Source of the DNA: Bdellovibrionales bacterium RIFOXYD12_FULL_39_22
GTDB taxonomy: Bacteria; Bdellovibrionota; Bacteriovoracia; Bacteriovoracales; Bacteriovoracaceae
NCBI GenBank assembly: GCA_001770205.1
Contig: MEQL01000057.1
Location: 62,001 to 109,342, forward strand
Direction of reading: 5' to 3'
Length of the DNA stretch: 47,342 nucleotides
Shown here piece after piece: positions 18,595 to 29,563 of the stretch. The position numbers and the translations under genes are program-made. Under the pieces are notes generated by a model. That model ran no database searches. It saw only the letters and a list, made by a program, of their open reading frames with translations, and was not told the origin of the DNA. How positions within the stretch are numbered: position 1 is the stretch's first letter; the number at the start of each line of letters is the position of its first letter.

Positions 18595-19029
18595 ATGAAT
18601 TGTCCTTTAGATATGCTGACACAAAAAAATCAATTCAAATTTGATGAAGTTTGTACGCGTACAGATGTACGGCCTTACGTATTGCGTTTTTGGGAGTCGG
18701 AATTTGAAGAGATTGCCCCAACCTTTATTAATGGATCAGAAAAAATCTACTCACTTGCAGACATCAATGTGATTCTGGCCATTAAAGAGCTGCTCTTTGA
18801 AAAAAAATTCAGCATTAATCGGGCCAAAGTAGAACTTTCTCGATCACTTGTTAAACAAGCAACTGCCCCGGCCGATGACTTATCACTACCCCCAAAAGAA
18901 GAAAAAACAGTTGAACAAACCTCGCTACCGGCCCTAGAAAATGGAGAAAAGCTTTTACATACCAAGGCCCAGTTAGAAAAAATGTTAGCGCTGATGGATT
19001 CCATCAAAGAGGCCCATAATTGGAACTAA
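18595..19029 (+). CDS. MerR-family transcriptional regulator
   Basis: EVC...VRPYVLRFWESEF...IKELLFEKKFSI; usual position downstream of ihfA. Confidence 0.82.
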   Translation: MNCPLDMLTQKNQFKFDEVCTRTDVRPYVLRFWESEFEEIAPTFINGSEKIYSLADINVILAIKELLFEKKFSINRAKVELSRSLVKQATAPADDLSLPPKEEKTVEQTSLPALENGEKLLHTKAQLEKMLALMDSIKEAHNWN

Positions 19030-19980
19030 TGCTTCTTTTTTTGGCAGATGTCTTTCGATATTTACACTTCCCTCATTCAAGATTTTTTTGATTTTGCTTA
19101 AATAATCATCAAGCACCAGAGAAAACGTCGGCATGCCATTATAAGTAGATGTGATTTTTTTAATTATCTGCATATAGTGCAAAAGTGTTTGTAGAGCTTC
19201 ATCGGAATGACGCAACCATGGATTAATCTTTTGCTCACGCTCGGTTATTTTTAATTCCGCAAGTTCTGTTAAGTCATCTAACAATTGAAACGATACTCCC
19301 ATCGCATCACCTAGTTTATATAAATCCCGGCACTCTCGATATTTTTGCTTCCGATCATCTTTTTTCTCATCCAAAGTTAACAAGTAACTTCCAACTATGG
19401 CCGTTTGAATTAGCCGAGCAGTTTTTAGACGATGAGTAGTAATTAGATTAACAAAAGAGTGGTTCATCTCCTCTGATAGATCTAGTACTTGCCCCAAAAT
19501 TAATCCTTTGGGCCCTAATGCCCAAGAGAAAAATTTTAAAACATCTGGAAAGGCCGGCGATTTTATTTGAGACAATAAAGCAAAAGGGCCAACACACAAC
19601 CCATCTCCCACCAAAAGCGCTTTCCATTCATTATATTTTTTATGAACAGTGAGTTTGCCTCGACGATAATCATCATTGTCCATGGCCGGCAAATCGTCAT
19701 GAATCAGCGTATAAGCATGATGCATTTCCACCGCACTGGCCAGATAACTAAAATCTGATTGGGGCCCAATAATATTGCCTTGCCATCCACTTCTTTTAAA
19801 ATCACGGCCAATAGCATAAACTAGAAGCGGCCGAAAAAGTTTACCTGTAGGAAAAAGAGCATACTCATAAATTTCACTTATTGCATGATGAGGCAAAATT
19901 TGGCCCAGGTGCCTCTTTAAATTCACTGATAATTCACTAGTAATCTCCTTTAAATCTATCATCTCTTTTCCTCTTTTCAT
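18985..19980 (-). CDS. ispA: Polyprenyl (farnesyl/geranylgeranyl) diphosphate synthase
   Basis: GKLFRP, LIHDDLPAMDNDDYRRGK, GQVLD, KTA, FQLLDD. The start may be the ATG at 19962. Confidence 0.85.
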   Translation of the reverse strand: MKRGKEMIDLKEITSELSVNLKRHLGQILPHHAISEIYEYALFPTGKLFRPLLVYAIGRDFKRSGWQGNIIGPQSDFSYLASAVEMHHAYTLIHDDLPAMDNDDYRRGKLTVHKKYNEWKALLVGDGLCVGPFALLSQIKSPAFPDVLKFFSWALGPKGLILGQVLDLSEEMNHSFVNLITTHRLKTARLIQTAIVGSYLLTLDEKKDDRKQKYRECRDLYKLGDAMGVSFQLLDDLTELAELKITEREQKINPWLRHSDEALQTLLHYMQIIKKITSTYNGMPTFSLVLDDYLSKIKKILNEGSVNIERHLPKKEALVPIMGLFDGIHQR

Positions 19981-20010
19981 CTTTTCATCTTTGCTGTTAT
20001 CTCACCTCTG

Positions 20011-21006
20011 TCATGGAATATCCATCACATGCCCAATCAAATAGGCCTTCTCATTCATCGCAGAAAGTGTAGACATAATAGGCCCTGGCGTATCCGTCAC
20101 TAGCACAAATCCAACCCCCATATTAAACACCTGGTAGAGTTCTTTGTCTTCCAAATTTGCTCGTTTCTTGATCTCTTGAAATATTGAGGGAATTAAAGAG
20201 AGCGAAGGCATAGAGTGTAGCGCAAAATGCTTACGCTCATTTATCCGTTGGATATTAGAAATACCTCCTCCCGTGATATGGGCCATACCTAAAATATTTT
20301 GAGGATACTTAGATAAAAGCGATTGAATCAGTGATACATAAATTCGCGTCGGAGTTAAGCACTCTTTTAATAACTCTATCTCCTCATTTTGGATAAGTTT
20401 ATTTACCAGGGAGAACCCATTCGAATGTAATCCAGAGGAGGCAATCCCTATTATGGCATTCCCTGCTGAGACTTTCTGCCCATCAATCACCTGGGCCTCT
20501 TCTACTTCTCCCACCGCAAACCCGGCCAAATCATATTCATCAGCAGCATACATTCCTGGCATCTCGGCAGTCTCTCCACCAATTAGTGCCATGTTACTCT
20601 CCTGACATCCTTTGACAATTCCATCAATGATCTGATTACTAACCGCCAGATCCAATTTAGAAGAAGCAAGATAATCAAGGAAAAAAAGAGGAGTAGCGCC
20701 GGTACAAAGAACGTCATTTACACACATGGCCACAAGATCAATTCCAATAGTGTTATGAATCCCCAGTTTTTGAGCAATTTTTAATTTCGTCCCCACCCCA
20801 TCTGTCCCTGCGGCCAATAATTTCCCATTGCCGGCCTTATAAAGGGCAGCAAATCCCCCCACTCCCTCCACTACTCGGCCGTTGTAGGTTGATTCAACTT
20901 TGCGCTTAATCGACTCTACAAATTTATCTCCTCTATCAATATCAACCCCCGCATCTGCATAGGTATAGCGCCGCTTATTAGTACACATCTCTTTCGTAGT
21001 TTGCAT
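20011..21006 (-). CDS. purM: Phosphoribosylformylglycinamidine cyclo-ligase
   Basis: YADAGVDI, TDGVGTK, GGETAEMPG, SSGLHSNG, AHITGGG, FNMGVG. ATG at 21006 has a GGAG RBS. Confidence 0.96.
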   Translation of the reverse strand: MQTTKEMCTNKRRYTYADAGVDIDRGDKFVESIKRKVESTYNGRVVEGVGGFAALYKAGNGKLLAAGTDGVGTKLKIAQKLGIHNTIGIDLVAMCVNDVLCTGATPLFFLDYLASSKLDLAVSNQIIDGIVKGCQESNMALIGGETAEMPGMYAADEYDLAGFAVGEVEEAQVIDGQKVSAGNAIIGIASSGLHSNGFSLVNKLIQNEEIELLKECLTPTRIYVSLIQSLLSKYPQNILGMAHITGGGISNIQRINERKHFALHSMPSLSLIPSIFQEIKKRANLEDKELYQVFNMGVGFVLVTDTPGPIMSTLSAMNEKAYLIGHVMDIP

Positions 21007-21019
21007 AAAAAACTCCTTT

Positions 21020-22624
21020 TTAGTGACGAAAATGCCGACGTTTGGTAAATAACATACTAAGTCCCAACTCATTGCAAGCAGCAATTACTTCCTGATCTTT
21101 GATACTACCGCCTGGTTGCACTATTGATCTTATCCCCCACTGAGCACATAGCTTAACATTATCTGCAAAAGGAAAAAAACCATCGGAGGCCAAGACCACT
21201 TCCGATAAATTAGAGTGGCCATTTTCTCGCGCCTTTTCCGCCGCCTGTTTGATACTTAAAAGACGATTAGGATTTCCCATTCCGGCCCCCACAAGTGCTA
21301 CTTCCTGTTTGGATTTTTTCACCAGCGCGATGGCATTACTTTTTAAATGCTTGGCCACCACAGTACCAAAATCGGCCAGCACCATTTTATCATTTGAAAA
21401 CTTCTGGGTTGTTACGTTAGTAAATTCATGTTTGCAATCCTCCCAATCATCTTCTTGTACTAACTGTCCTCCCCAAATTGACCTGCTCACTATCTCTTTT
21501 TTTAACTGCAAAGGATCAAGTTGTAAGAGCCGCAAATTTTTTTTGCTAGAAAAAATGGCCTGCGCCTTTGTCGAAAAAGAAGGAGCAATAATTACTTCGA
21601 TAAATTTATCGCTAAGCCATAGCGCACTGGCCTCCTCGATGGCCGAATTTAAGCAAATGATGCTACCAAAACTACTAATGGGATCTCCACTCCAGGCCAA
21701 CTCTAAGGCCATCTTGGCATTCTGCCCCATCGCGGCCCCACAAGTATTTTGATGTTTCACAATAGTGGCCACGGCCGGGAAATCCACCGAAGATTCAAGC
21801 TGAAGTAAATCATGGTTACAACGAATGGCCGCATCAGCATCTAATAAATTATTATAAGAAAGCTCTTTGCCTTGTAAGGGGCGGGCCGCCGCCAATCCTA
21901 TCTCATCCAAAGAATTTGCATAACAAAATGCTCTCTGATGAGGATTTTCTCCATAACGCAATTTCTTTGCACGCTGTGAAGAAAAATGGATAACAGGCGA
22001 AGCTTCTTCATTCTCCCAACGTCTCTGCAGCGCTATGGCAATAGCGGAATCATAATCAGCAATCATTTTAAAACTACGCAAAGAACATTTTTTTCTGAAG
22101 GCCAGATCAGTCCGGCCATCATGAGTCTGTATATTTTCCAAAAACTCTTCATATTCCTGGGAACTATTTAACACTGTTAAATAGCGATAATTTTTGGCCG
22201 CGGCCCTAATCATCGTTGGGCCTCCGATATCAATTTTTTCAATCAACTCATATTCCGCGGCCAAACGTTTAGCATAATCCAAAAAAGGATAAAGGTTACA
22301 AACTACCAAATCAATCGGCAAGACTCCTAATTCAAAGGCCTCTGCTAAATCCCCCTCATGATCACGACGATACAAAAGCGCACTGGCCACCGAAAAACTA
22401 ATGCTCTTCATTCTTCCACCAAACGCTTCGGGATTACCGGTAATCGTTTCAAGTGGAGTTGACTCAATACCTTCGGCCTTAAGATGTTCGGCCGTTCCAC
22501 CGGAAGCAATAATCTCCACACCATATTGCTGTAAAATAGAAGCAAGTCGCACAATCCCCTCTTTATCACTAACTGAAAAGAGAGCACGCTTAATCTCAAC
22601 GAGGCCACTAGTTAAATTATTCAT
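21020..22624 (-). CDS. purH: Bifunctional AICAR transformylase/IMP cyclohydrolase
   Basis: RALFSVSDK, IDIGGPTMIRAAAKN, LRYGENPHQ, LSYNN, ASDGFFPF, QPGGSIKD, RHFRH. Confidence 0.96.
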   Translation of the reverse strand: MNNLTSGLVEIKRALFSVSDKEGIVRLASILQQYGVEIIASGGTAEHLKAEGIESTPLETITGNPEAFGGRMKSISFSVASALLYRRDHEGDLAEAFELGVLPIDLVVCNLYPFLDYAKRLAAEYELIEKIDIGGPTMIRAAAKNYRYLTVLNSSQEYEEFLENIQTHDGRTDLAFRKKCSLRSFKMIADYDSAIAIALQRRWENEEASPVIHFSSQRAKKLRYGENPHQRAFCYANSLDEIGLAAARPLQGKELSYNNLLDADAAIRCNHDLLQLESSVDFPAVATIVKHQNTCGAAMGQNAKMALELAWSGDPISSFGSIICLNSAIEEASALWLSDKFIEVIIAPSFSTKAQAIFSSKKNLRLLQLDPLQLKKEIVSRSIWGGQLVQEDDWEDCKHEFTNVTTQKFSNDKMVLADFGTVVAKHLKSNAIALVKKSKQEVALVGAGMGNPNRLLSIKQAAEKARENGHSNLSEVVLASDGFFPFADNVKLCAQWGIRSIVQPGGSIKDQEVIAACNELGLSMLFTKRRHFRH

Positions 22625-22638
22625 AGATTTTTCTCCCG

Positions 22639-23403
22639 TTAAGAATGCTGTAAATAAGTAACCATTGATTTCAAAATATCATCCTCTATGGCATGCTGAT
22701 GACTCTCCAATAAAATTGCCTCGGGATGCGGCATCATGCCCAAAATAAAACCACTTTCGTCACAAACCCCAGCAATTGAATCGGCATCTATTACTTCTGA
22801 ATTTTTACTTTCATAGCGCAGAGGAATTTGTCCTCGTTCTGCCAAATAAAGAGGCCCACTTGGCCATTTTTTATCAAAAACCACTCTTCCTTCACCATTG
22901 CGAATAGGAAGACGAATTTTTTTCCCTTTGATGGCCTCCGTCCATTTACATATTGAATTAGAAGCGACCTCTAAAGTTACCCAGCGATCAATAAACTGAC
23001 GGCCATAGTTGGGGGCCAAGGCAAACATTCGCTTTTTTTTCCCACTCTCCGGAAGAAGATTCATTTTTACTAAAATCTGAAACCCGTTGCAAATTCCGAT
23101 GATGGGATGTCTTTGGGCCACATATTCTTGAAACAAATCATTCATCACCGCTTTAAATTTTAGGGCCATAATTTGGCCACTGCCTAATTCATCTCCAAAA
23201 GAAAATCCTCCCGGTATGGCCAATCCTTGAAAATTAAAAAGTCTGGCCGGCGAAGTTAGTAAATCATTAATGTGCATAATTTCCGCTTCTGCATGGGATC
23301 GCTGAAATGCCAGCTTGGTCTCCTTCTCACAATTAATTCCATCTCCTGCAATAATTAAAAAAGTTGGCCGAGATGGTGTCTTTTTGATTTTATTTTTTTT
23401 CAT
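22639..23403 (-). CDS. purQ: FGAM synthase glutaminase subunit
   Basis: GINCEKE, PGGFSFGD, GICNGFQIL, GMMPHPE; ATGA overlap with the purL stop. Confidence 0.93.
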   Translation of the reverse strand: MKKNKIKKTPSRPTFLIIAGDGINCEKETKLAFQRSHAEAEIMHINDLLTSPARLFNFQGLAIPGGFSFGDELGSGQIMALKFKAVMNDLFQEYVAQRHPIIGICNGFQILVKMNLLPESGKKKRMFALAPNYGRQFIDRWVTLEVASNSICKWTEAIKGKKIRLPIRNGEGRVVFDKKWPSGPLYLAERGQIPLRYESKNSEVIDADSIAGVCDESGFILGMMPHPEAILLESHQHAIEDDILKSMVTYLQHS

Positions 23404-26400
23404 AATGTTTTCATCCATGCCTGTTTTAGTTTATCTACTGATAAAGAGATAACGTTTTTATTTTTACTGTCCAAAACTTCTAATTCTTTTTTTTGAGTAA
23501 CCACTCCTAACTCTTTTACTTCTACTGCTTCAAAGCATTTTAAAAACTCTGCTCGCCGATTGGCTGCGACTGTTACTAAGAATCTGCCGGATGCTTCTCC
23601 GAAGCAAAAATTAATTATTTTGGACAAATCGTTTTTCGTCTCTTTTGCCAAAGCAATATTCCCCCCAAGCTCTCCTCCGATCATAGATTCGGCCATCGCC
23701 ACTAATAATCCACCATCTGAAAGATCGTGAGATGATTTAATAAGTCCGGCCAGTTGTGCCCGACGCAGCAAATGATAAAGAGTAAAATTGTCCTTCAAAA
23801 AAGGTTGTGGTATTTGGGCCAGTGACGCATTATTTTCTATCGTATAAAGTTGTGCAAACTCTGAGGCCAACATCCCTTCTCCATTTTTTCCTAAAAGAAA
23901 AATCAAATCTCCCGGATCTTTAAATTCCGAAGTAACCAAATAATTCATTGAGGCCTTGCTTAGACATGTTATCAAAAGGGTTGGCACTACACTTATTTCA
24001 ACGCGATCGCCTCCTCGTGTTTTTCCTTTAAAATCATTTTTCATACTATCTTTTCCACTAACCAGAGGTAATCCATAGGCCAGCGCAATATCGTGCAGGC
24101 CGGCGGCCGCTCGCACCAACTGGCCTAATTTATATGCCCCATCCGGATTTTTTTCTGATTCCACAGGATCTGGCCAACAAAAATTATCTAACAAACAACA
24201 AAGAGATAGATCTCCTCCGGAAGAGACCACATTGCGAACGGCCTCATCTACTGCATATTGGGCCATTAAATATGGATCATACCAAGAATAGCGAGGGGCC
24301 AAACCACATCCTAGCGCAACTCCTTCTTCAATATTTCCATCATGGGGATATGCCCATAAAATTGCACCATCGGCAACTCCATGGCCTTTTTTTCCTCCAA
24401 ATGGTTTGATGGCCGTTGCTCCTTGCACTTCGTGATCATACTGTCGAACCCAAGACTCTTTGGACGAAATGTTAGGAGAAGATAACAGTTGCAGCAAGAC
24501 GTCTGACAGAAAATTAGACGTCGGCACAATTTCTTTTTTTTCTATTTTCTCTCCGTACACAGCAATAGACCTCGGGCCATTCCATCTCGCCTCTAATTTC
24601 ATGGCCGGAAGTGAATGATGTAAAAAGTCCAAAGATAATCTGGCCACTAACTTTTTTTCATAGCAAGCTTCAAAAAAACCGCTGCTATTAAATTGTCCAA
24701 TCTCTGTGGCCAAAACTCCCCGTCTGTTGGCCAGAGACAAAAAGTCCGACAACTTCTCTGGCGAAACTGCTAACGTCATCCTTTCTTGGCTTTCACTAAT
24801 TAATAATTCATAAGGAGCTAGTCCACGATACTTTACCGGACAAGCAGAAAGATCAATGGTAACACCGTTGGTATGTAGCGCCATCTCTCCCACGCTAGAA
24901 CTTAATCCACCAGCTCCATTGTCCGTAATCGCTCGATATAACCCCACGTCACGCGCTTCTAAAATAAAATCATGCATTCGTTTTTGAGTAAGAGGATCGC
25001 CAATTTGGACTGCACTACTCGGAGAAGTCTCGCTTAACTCTTGAGAGCTAAACGTCGCACCGTGAATACCATCACAACCAATAGCGCCGCCAATCATCAC
25101 CACGCGATCACCTGAAACAATCTCTTTTTTACTACTGGCAGATCCGTCTGTTAATTGCTGCGGCATCACACCAACAGTGCCTACAAAAACAAGTGGTTTA
25201 CCCAAATAACTAGGATCAAAAAAGAAAGCGCCATTTACTGTAGGAATTCCACTTTTATTGCCCCCATCTAATACTCCGCGGTGAACTCCTTCTAAAATAC
25301 GGCGCGGATGTGCCATCTTTGCTGGCAATTTATCTAACTGCGAAGAGGAAGGCCAATGAGGTGGGGGAAGACAAAAGACATCCAAATTGGCCATCGGTTT
25401 GGCCCCCATTCCTGTTCCTAAAATATCTCGATTGACTCCTAAAATTCCCGTAAGCGCCCCGCCATAGGGATCAAGCGCAGAAGGAGTATTATGTGTTTCT
25501 ACTTTTATGCAATAATCTATTTTATTATCAAACCGAACAATTCCCGCATTGTCTGAAAAAACGGAGATCAACCAATCCAGTTCTCTGGCCTTTGCAATTT
25601 TTTTAGTAGCACCTTTAATATAGCGACGATAAAGGCCTTCGGAAATAGATAGATTGCCTAATGCCTGATAATCTTTACTTTCAAGTTTTTCATGATAGGA
25701 AATATCCGCCGAAAAAATTTTATGCTTACAATGTTCACTCCAGGTTTGCGCCAACATCTCTAACTCTACATCTGTAGGATGAGGCCCAAGTCCTAGCTTA
25801 ATGCGACTTTCTATTACCTCCTCTGTTGCAAAATAATTTTTTATATGCTTCATTTCTGACAAAGATAGCGCCAAACAACGCCTATCACTTAATGCTATTA
25901 ACTCCTCATCCGAAAGCTCTAATGAAATTGCTGTGGCAGATGCTGAATGATTGAGCACCACCTCGCGAAAATTAATCTTTGAAAATCGCTCTAATTTTAT
26001 GAAGTCATCAAGGGAGTAAACGGCCACCTCTTCAATAATTTCATTGGCCCACAGCTCACAAGTTAATTTAGTAATAGTTGCAAGATCTATCTTTTGATTG
26101 GCCTTGAAATAATAAAGCATTCCACTTTGGGCCCTACAATTTTTAGAAAACAACCCCAGCGCTTCTTTTACTACCTGGGCCTGATTATCAGTTACCCCTG
26201 GGCGATAAGAAACCGAGGCAACAAAATGATAATCCGAAAAAAGGCCTGATTCCTCTTTTATCAATTCTTCTAAAATTGGATCATAAAAAATCTCTTCATC
26301 TTGAGATTGCCAATTAGCACACTCCACTAAAAAAAATTCCACAGTGGAGATCGCGGCAAAAGATAGATTGAAAAATTTATTGGCCGCCGCCATCAACGCT

Positions 26401-26453
26401 TGCTCTCCTTCAACGTCATGCCGTTTTCTCTTTTCTAATCTAACTGTTGTCAT
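23400..26453 (-). CDS. purL: FGAM synthase synthetase subunit with fused N-terminal PurS-like region
   Basis: WSEHCKHK, KVETHNTPS, DNGAGGLSS, SESQERM, QYDHEVQ, SGKDSM, HDLSDGG. N-terminal YRPGVTDN...LWANEIIE resembles PurS. Confidence 0.95.
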   Translation of the reverse strand: MTTVRLEKRKRHDVEGEQALMAAANKFFNLSFAAISTVEFFLVECANWQSQDEEIFYDPILEELIKEESGLFSDYHFVASVSYRPGVTDNQAQVVKEALGLFSKNCRAQSGMLYYFKANQKIDLATITKLTCELWANEIIEEVAVYSLDDFIKLERFSKINFREVVLNHSASATAISLELSDEELIALSDRRCLALSLSEMKHIKNYFATEEVIESRIKLGLGPHPTDVELEMLAQTWSEHCKHKIFSADISYHEKLESKDYQALGNLSISEGLYRRYIKGATKKIAKARELDWLISVFSDNAGIVRFDNKIDYCIKVETHNTPSALDPYGGALTGILGVNRDILGTGMGAKPMANLDVFCLPPPHWPSSSQLDKLPAKMAHPRRILEGVHRGVLDGGNKSGIPTVNGAFFFDPSYLGKPLVFVGTVGVMPQQLTDGSASSKKEIVSGDRVVMIGGAIGCDGIHGATFSSQELSETSPSSAVQIGDPLTQKRMHDFILEARDVGLYRAITDNGAGGLSSSVGEMALHTNGVTIDLSACPVKYRGLAPYELLISESQERMTLAVSPEKLSDFLSLANRRGVLATEIGQFNSSGFFEACYEKKLVARLSLDFLHHSLPAMKLEARWNGPRSIAVYGEKIEKKEIVPTSNFLSDVLLQLLSSPNISSKESWVRQYDHEVQGATAIKPFGGKKGHGVADGAILWAYPHDGNIEEGVALGCGLAPRYSWYDPYLMAQYAVDEAVRNVVSSGGDLSLCCLLDNFCWPDPVESEKNPDGAYKLGQLVRAAAGLHDIALAYGLPLVSGKDSMKNDFKGKTRGGDRVEISVVPTLLITCLSKASMNYLVTSEFKDPGDLIFLLGKNGEGMLASEFAQLYTIENNASLAQIPQPFLKDNFTLYHLLRRAQLAGLIKSSHDLSDGGLLVAMAESMIGGELGGNIALAKETKNDLSKIINFCFGEASGRFLVTVAANRRAEFLKCFEAVEVKELGVVTQKKELEVLDSKNKNVISLSVDKLKQAWMKTL

Positions 26454-27091
26454 TTTAAATCCTCACTGGTTATTTGCGTCCTATAGGTTTCGATTTTTTC
26501 TAAGGCCTCTAAGTAAAGCACATGCTCTACCGCCAACCCTTTGCGAATAAAACTCTCTAGCGTATCGTGCTCTTCACGTTCAAAACTTCGCTGCATGATA
26601 ATTTGTCCACTATCTACTCCCTCATCTACAAAATGAATTGTAACACCCGCTACTTTCACTCCAAAATCATAGGCCTGTTGATACGCATTTTTCCCCCTAA
26701 AACTTGGTAGCAACGAGGGATGAACATTAATTACTCGCGCACATCCTAAAGCTTGATCATAAAAATGAGAAAGAAATTCTCCACTCAATATGCGCATATA
26801 ACCGGCCAAAAAAAGCCAATCACATTTTTGGTTTACTAAAATTTCTATAATAGAAAGTTCATGTGCTCTTTTTCTCTGCTTTTTATCGACAATAGCACTA
26901 TTGGGCGAAACAACCACCGCCTTTACGCCTAAGGCCGTTGCACGTTGTAGAGCATAGGCAGAAGCATTATCACTAATCAAACAAGTTGCCTGAAATTTAT
27001 CAGGCCGATGAGAAGTATAGCGTAAAATATTTTCGGCATTACTACCGTTACCTGATGCTAAAATAGCAAATCTAATTTTAGATGAGCCCAA
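26450..27091 (-). CDS. purN: Phosphoribosylglycinamide formyltransferase
   Basis: LASGNGSN, LAGYMRIL, INVHPSLLP, GVTIHFVDEGVDSG. TTG at 27091 after GAGGGG is the probable start. Confidence 0.95.
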   Translation of the reverse strand: MGSSKIRFAILASGNGSNAENILRYTSHRPDKFQATCLISDNASAYALQRATALGVKAVVVSPNSAIVDKKQRKRAHELSIIEILVNQKCDWLFLAGYMRILSGEFLSHFYDQALGCARVINVHPSLLPSFRGKNAYQQAYDFGVKVAGVTIHFVDEGVDSGQIIMQRSFEREEHDTLESFIRKGLAVEHVLYLEALEKIETYRTQITSEDLK

Positions 27092-28394
27092 TATCCCCTC
27101 GCCAATGAGCACCCTTGAATTTAATTTTATCAATCAAACTATATGCTATCTCGCGCGCCGCTTGACAGTTTGCGCCCACTCCCGTAACCCCCAAAACTCT
27201 TCCACTGCTATTTATTAAATGGCCATCCTGCTCACTAACTCCACTAAAGGCCACGGCCGCTTGTTCGGCCGCTGACATTTCGCTTATTAAGATTTTTTGA
27301 TTTAAAAGTAATCCACCGTCATAAATATCGGGATAACCCGCAGAGGCCATCACCACATGGATGGCAACCTGATTATGATGAAACTGCACTGCCCCATCAT
27401 CCATAAACTTCAAAGAACCACTGGCCGCGGCCACTAGTGGAATTAAAATATCTCCAGCATATAAGGCCATTAGGGCCTGACATTCCGGATCCCCAAAACG
27501 CACATTAAATTCGATCACCTTAAGTTCGGCAGTATCTTCACCAACACCATCACCCTCTTCGATCATTAGGCCTGCGAATAAAATTCCTTTGAAAGGTATT
27601 TGGGCCTTTCGCATTCCTTCTACCGTCGGAGCAAAAACCAGATCACTAATTCGTTGGCGCAATTTCTTTGAAGGCCAATCGTGAGATGCCATAGATCCCA
27701 TCCCGCCCGTGTTGGGGCCTTGGCCTCCATCACATAGTTGTTTGTAATCGGTGGCATATCCAAAAGGAATAAAATTCTCCCCGTCACAAAGAGCGAAGGC
27801 CGAAATCTCTCGTCCATAAAGTCGTTTTTCGATAATAATTTTTTCTGCCGAAACAGCACACTTTCTATTTGCCATTAAATCATAGACGGCCTGATGGGCC
27901 TCCTCGGCATTTTTACAAACAAAAACTCCCTTGCCTCCGGCCAAACCATCGGCCTTCACCACTACTCCCTCTGGCATATCACAAAAATTAAGATATTGAT
28001 GGGCCGCCGCCTCTTCTTGAAAAATGGCAAAGGGAGCAGTGGGTATTTTATTCTTTTTCATGAAATTCTTGGCAAAGGCCTTCGAACTCTCTAATTGTGA
28101 TGCCGCCTTTGTTGGCCCTAGAATCAAAATGCCACAACGCTCTAGTTCATCTACCACTCCTAGGGCCAAAGGCGTTTCTGGCCCGACGATTACCAAATCA
28201 GCACCGAAAAAAATAGTGGCCTGCACAATTTTGGCGATATCCACAATAGAGATTGCTTGCAGTAAAACTTTATTAATTTGTAAAAGGCCAACATTTCCGG
28301 GAATCACCAAAATTTTTTCTACCGCTGGCGATTCGCTGAGTTTTTTTGCCAGGGCAAATTCACGGCCCCCACTACCTAATACTACCACTCTCAT
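27078..28394 (-). CDS. purD: Phosphoribosylamine-glycine ligase
   Basis: GSGGRE, LESSKAFAK, KADGLAGGKGV, GPNTGGMG, EFNVRFGDPE. Confidence 0.96.
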   Translation of the reverse strand: MRVVVLGSGGREFALAKKLSESPAVEKILVIPGNVGLLQINKVLLQAISIVDIAKIVQATIFFGADLVIVGPETPLALGVVDELERCGILILGPTKAASQLESSKAFAKNFMKKNKIPTAPFAIFQEEAAAHQYLNFCDMPEGVVVKADGLAGGKGVFVCKNAEEAHQAVYDLMANRKCAVSAEKIIIEKRLYGREISAFALCDGENFIPFGYATDYKQLCDGGQGPNTGGMGSMASHDWPSKKLRQRISDLVFAPTVEGMRKAQIPFKGILFAGLMIEEGDGVGEDTAELKVIEFNVRFGDPECQALMALYAGDILIPLVAAASGSLKFMDDGAVQFHHNQVAIHVVMASAGYPDIYDGGLLLNQKILISEMSAAEQAAVAFSGVSEQDGHLINSSGRVLGVTGVGANCQAAREIAYSLIDKIKFKGAHWRGDIGLI

Positions 28395-29563
28395 CGTAAT
28401 TTCTCCGCCACTACAGAGAGATTGTCACAATCATAAAAATAGCGCTCTTTAAAAAAATGTTCTCCTAAATGATTGGCAAAGGCCCTATACATGGAAGAAA
28501 AAATCTTAAGCTTATCCGGCCATATCCGCGGAGGACTCTGTCCCAATCTCTCCTCGCAAATCCGCTGCCAATTCTCTATTCCTTCTTCTTTGCCTAAAAT
28601 TTTTGCCTCCGCAACTGCCACATACCAAGCACTATCACGATAAAATTCTCGCATCTTCTCTTTGGTTAGTTGTGCTCCTTGGTAGAGCAGTCGCAATTCA
28701 TCCGGCCCAATGGAATCAACGAGGATTAACTCCCGTGTCCCATCAGCTTTTAGATCTTCTCCCCAACACATCTCCAACTTCCCATCACAAAGTTCAACTT
28801 CACACTCTGCCAATAGATCTTTAAGCCTCAAAGCAATAAGTGAAACACTCTCTTTTAGCTTAGCAAATTCTAAATCACTCATTCCGGCCATCTCTTGTGC
28901 TTGAGCGTAAGATAGGTAACGATCGGTTGTTTCCAACTTGCTGGAAAATTCTATCAATGGAATATTAAATTTTTCGGGCAATTTTTTGTCAATCTCTATT
29001 CCCAGCTCTCGACAATAGCGGCCATCTCCTAGTCTGGAAAAAAGAGAACTACCAGGCGGAAGTGAAAAGCGAAAAATAATCTCCAGAGGAATAAGTGTAT
29101 TGCGTAAACTCTTTTTATAAGCAGAATAATCCCAACAAATCTTGCCATGGTGCCAAATAGCGGCCGGCCGCATTACCTCTATTTTTTTCACCATCAGCAA
29201 ATCATCTTGTGCCCCCATTCCATAGCAATGATGGGCCACTCCCAAAGTGGCAAATTCCCGGTAGATCTCACTTTTTTCAATCTCCGCATATCCTTGAACG
29301 TTTTTAATATTTTGAACATTGCGAATATTCTGAATAAGAGGCCATTGCTGCCAACGCACTGGATCTCCTAGCAATTTAAAAAAAATATTTCCAATCAAGG
29401 CCAAGGCCCGCCCCTTATCATCAATGGTATCTGGCATTTTTCCCCAATCAAAAACAGAAAAGGCATCTGAATATTTAAAAAGATAAAAAGGTTTATTTTC
29501 TACCGACAAAACAGATTTAACGGAACCTTCGTAAATGAGTTGACAATGATCCATCTCTATCAC
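28391..29563 (-). CDS. purC: SAICAR synthetase (long form)
   Basis: YEGSVK, SDAFSVFDWG, IPLEIIFR, DGKLE, LVDSIGPDELR. Confidence 0.9.
   Translation of the reverse strand: MIEMDHCQLIYEGSVKSVLSVENKPFYLFKYSDAFSVFDWGKMPDTIDDKGRALALIGNIFFKLLGDPVRWQQWPLIQNIRNVQNIKNVQGYAEIEKSEIYREFATLGVAHHCYGMGAQDDLLMVKKIEVMRPAAIWHHGKICWDYSAYKKSLRNTLIPLEIIFRFSLPPGSSLFSRLGDGRYCRELGIEIDKKLPEKFNIPLIEFSSKLETTDRYLSYAQAQEMAGMSDLEFAKLKESVSLIALRLKDLLAECEVELCDGKLEMCWGEDLKADGTRELILVDSIGPDELRLLYQGAQLTKEKMREFYRDSAWYVAVAEAKILGKEEGIENWQRICEERLGQSPPRIWPDKLKIFSSMYRAFANHLGEHFFKERYFYDCDNLSVVAEKLR

Noticed and set aside
18985..19029. Convergent 3' overlaps (MerR/ispA 45 bp; also HD-GYP/ABC at 37698-37734)
   Set aside because: Short tail-to-tail overlaps are common in compact genomes; no sign of function.
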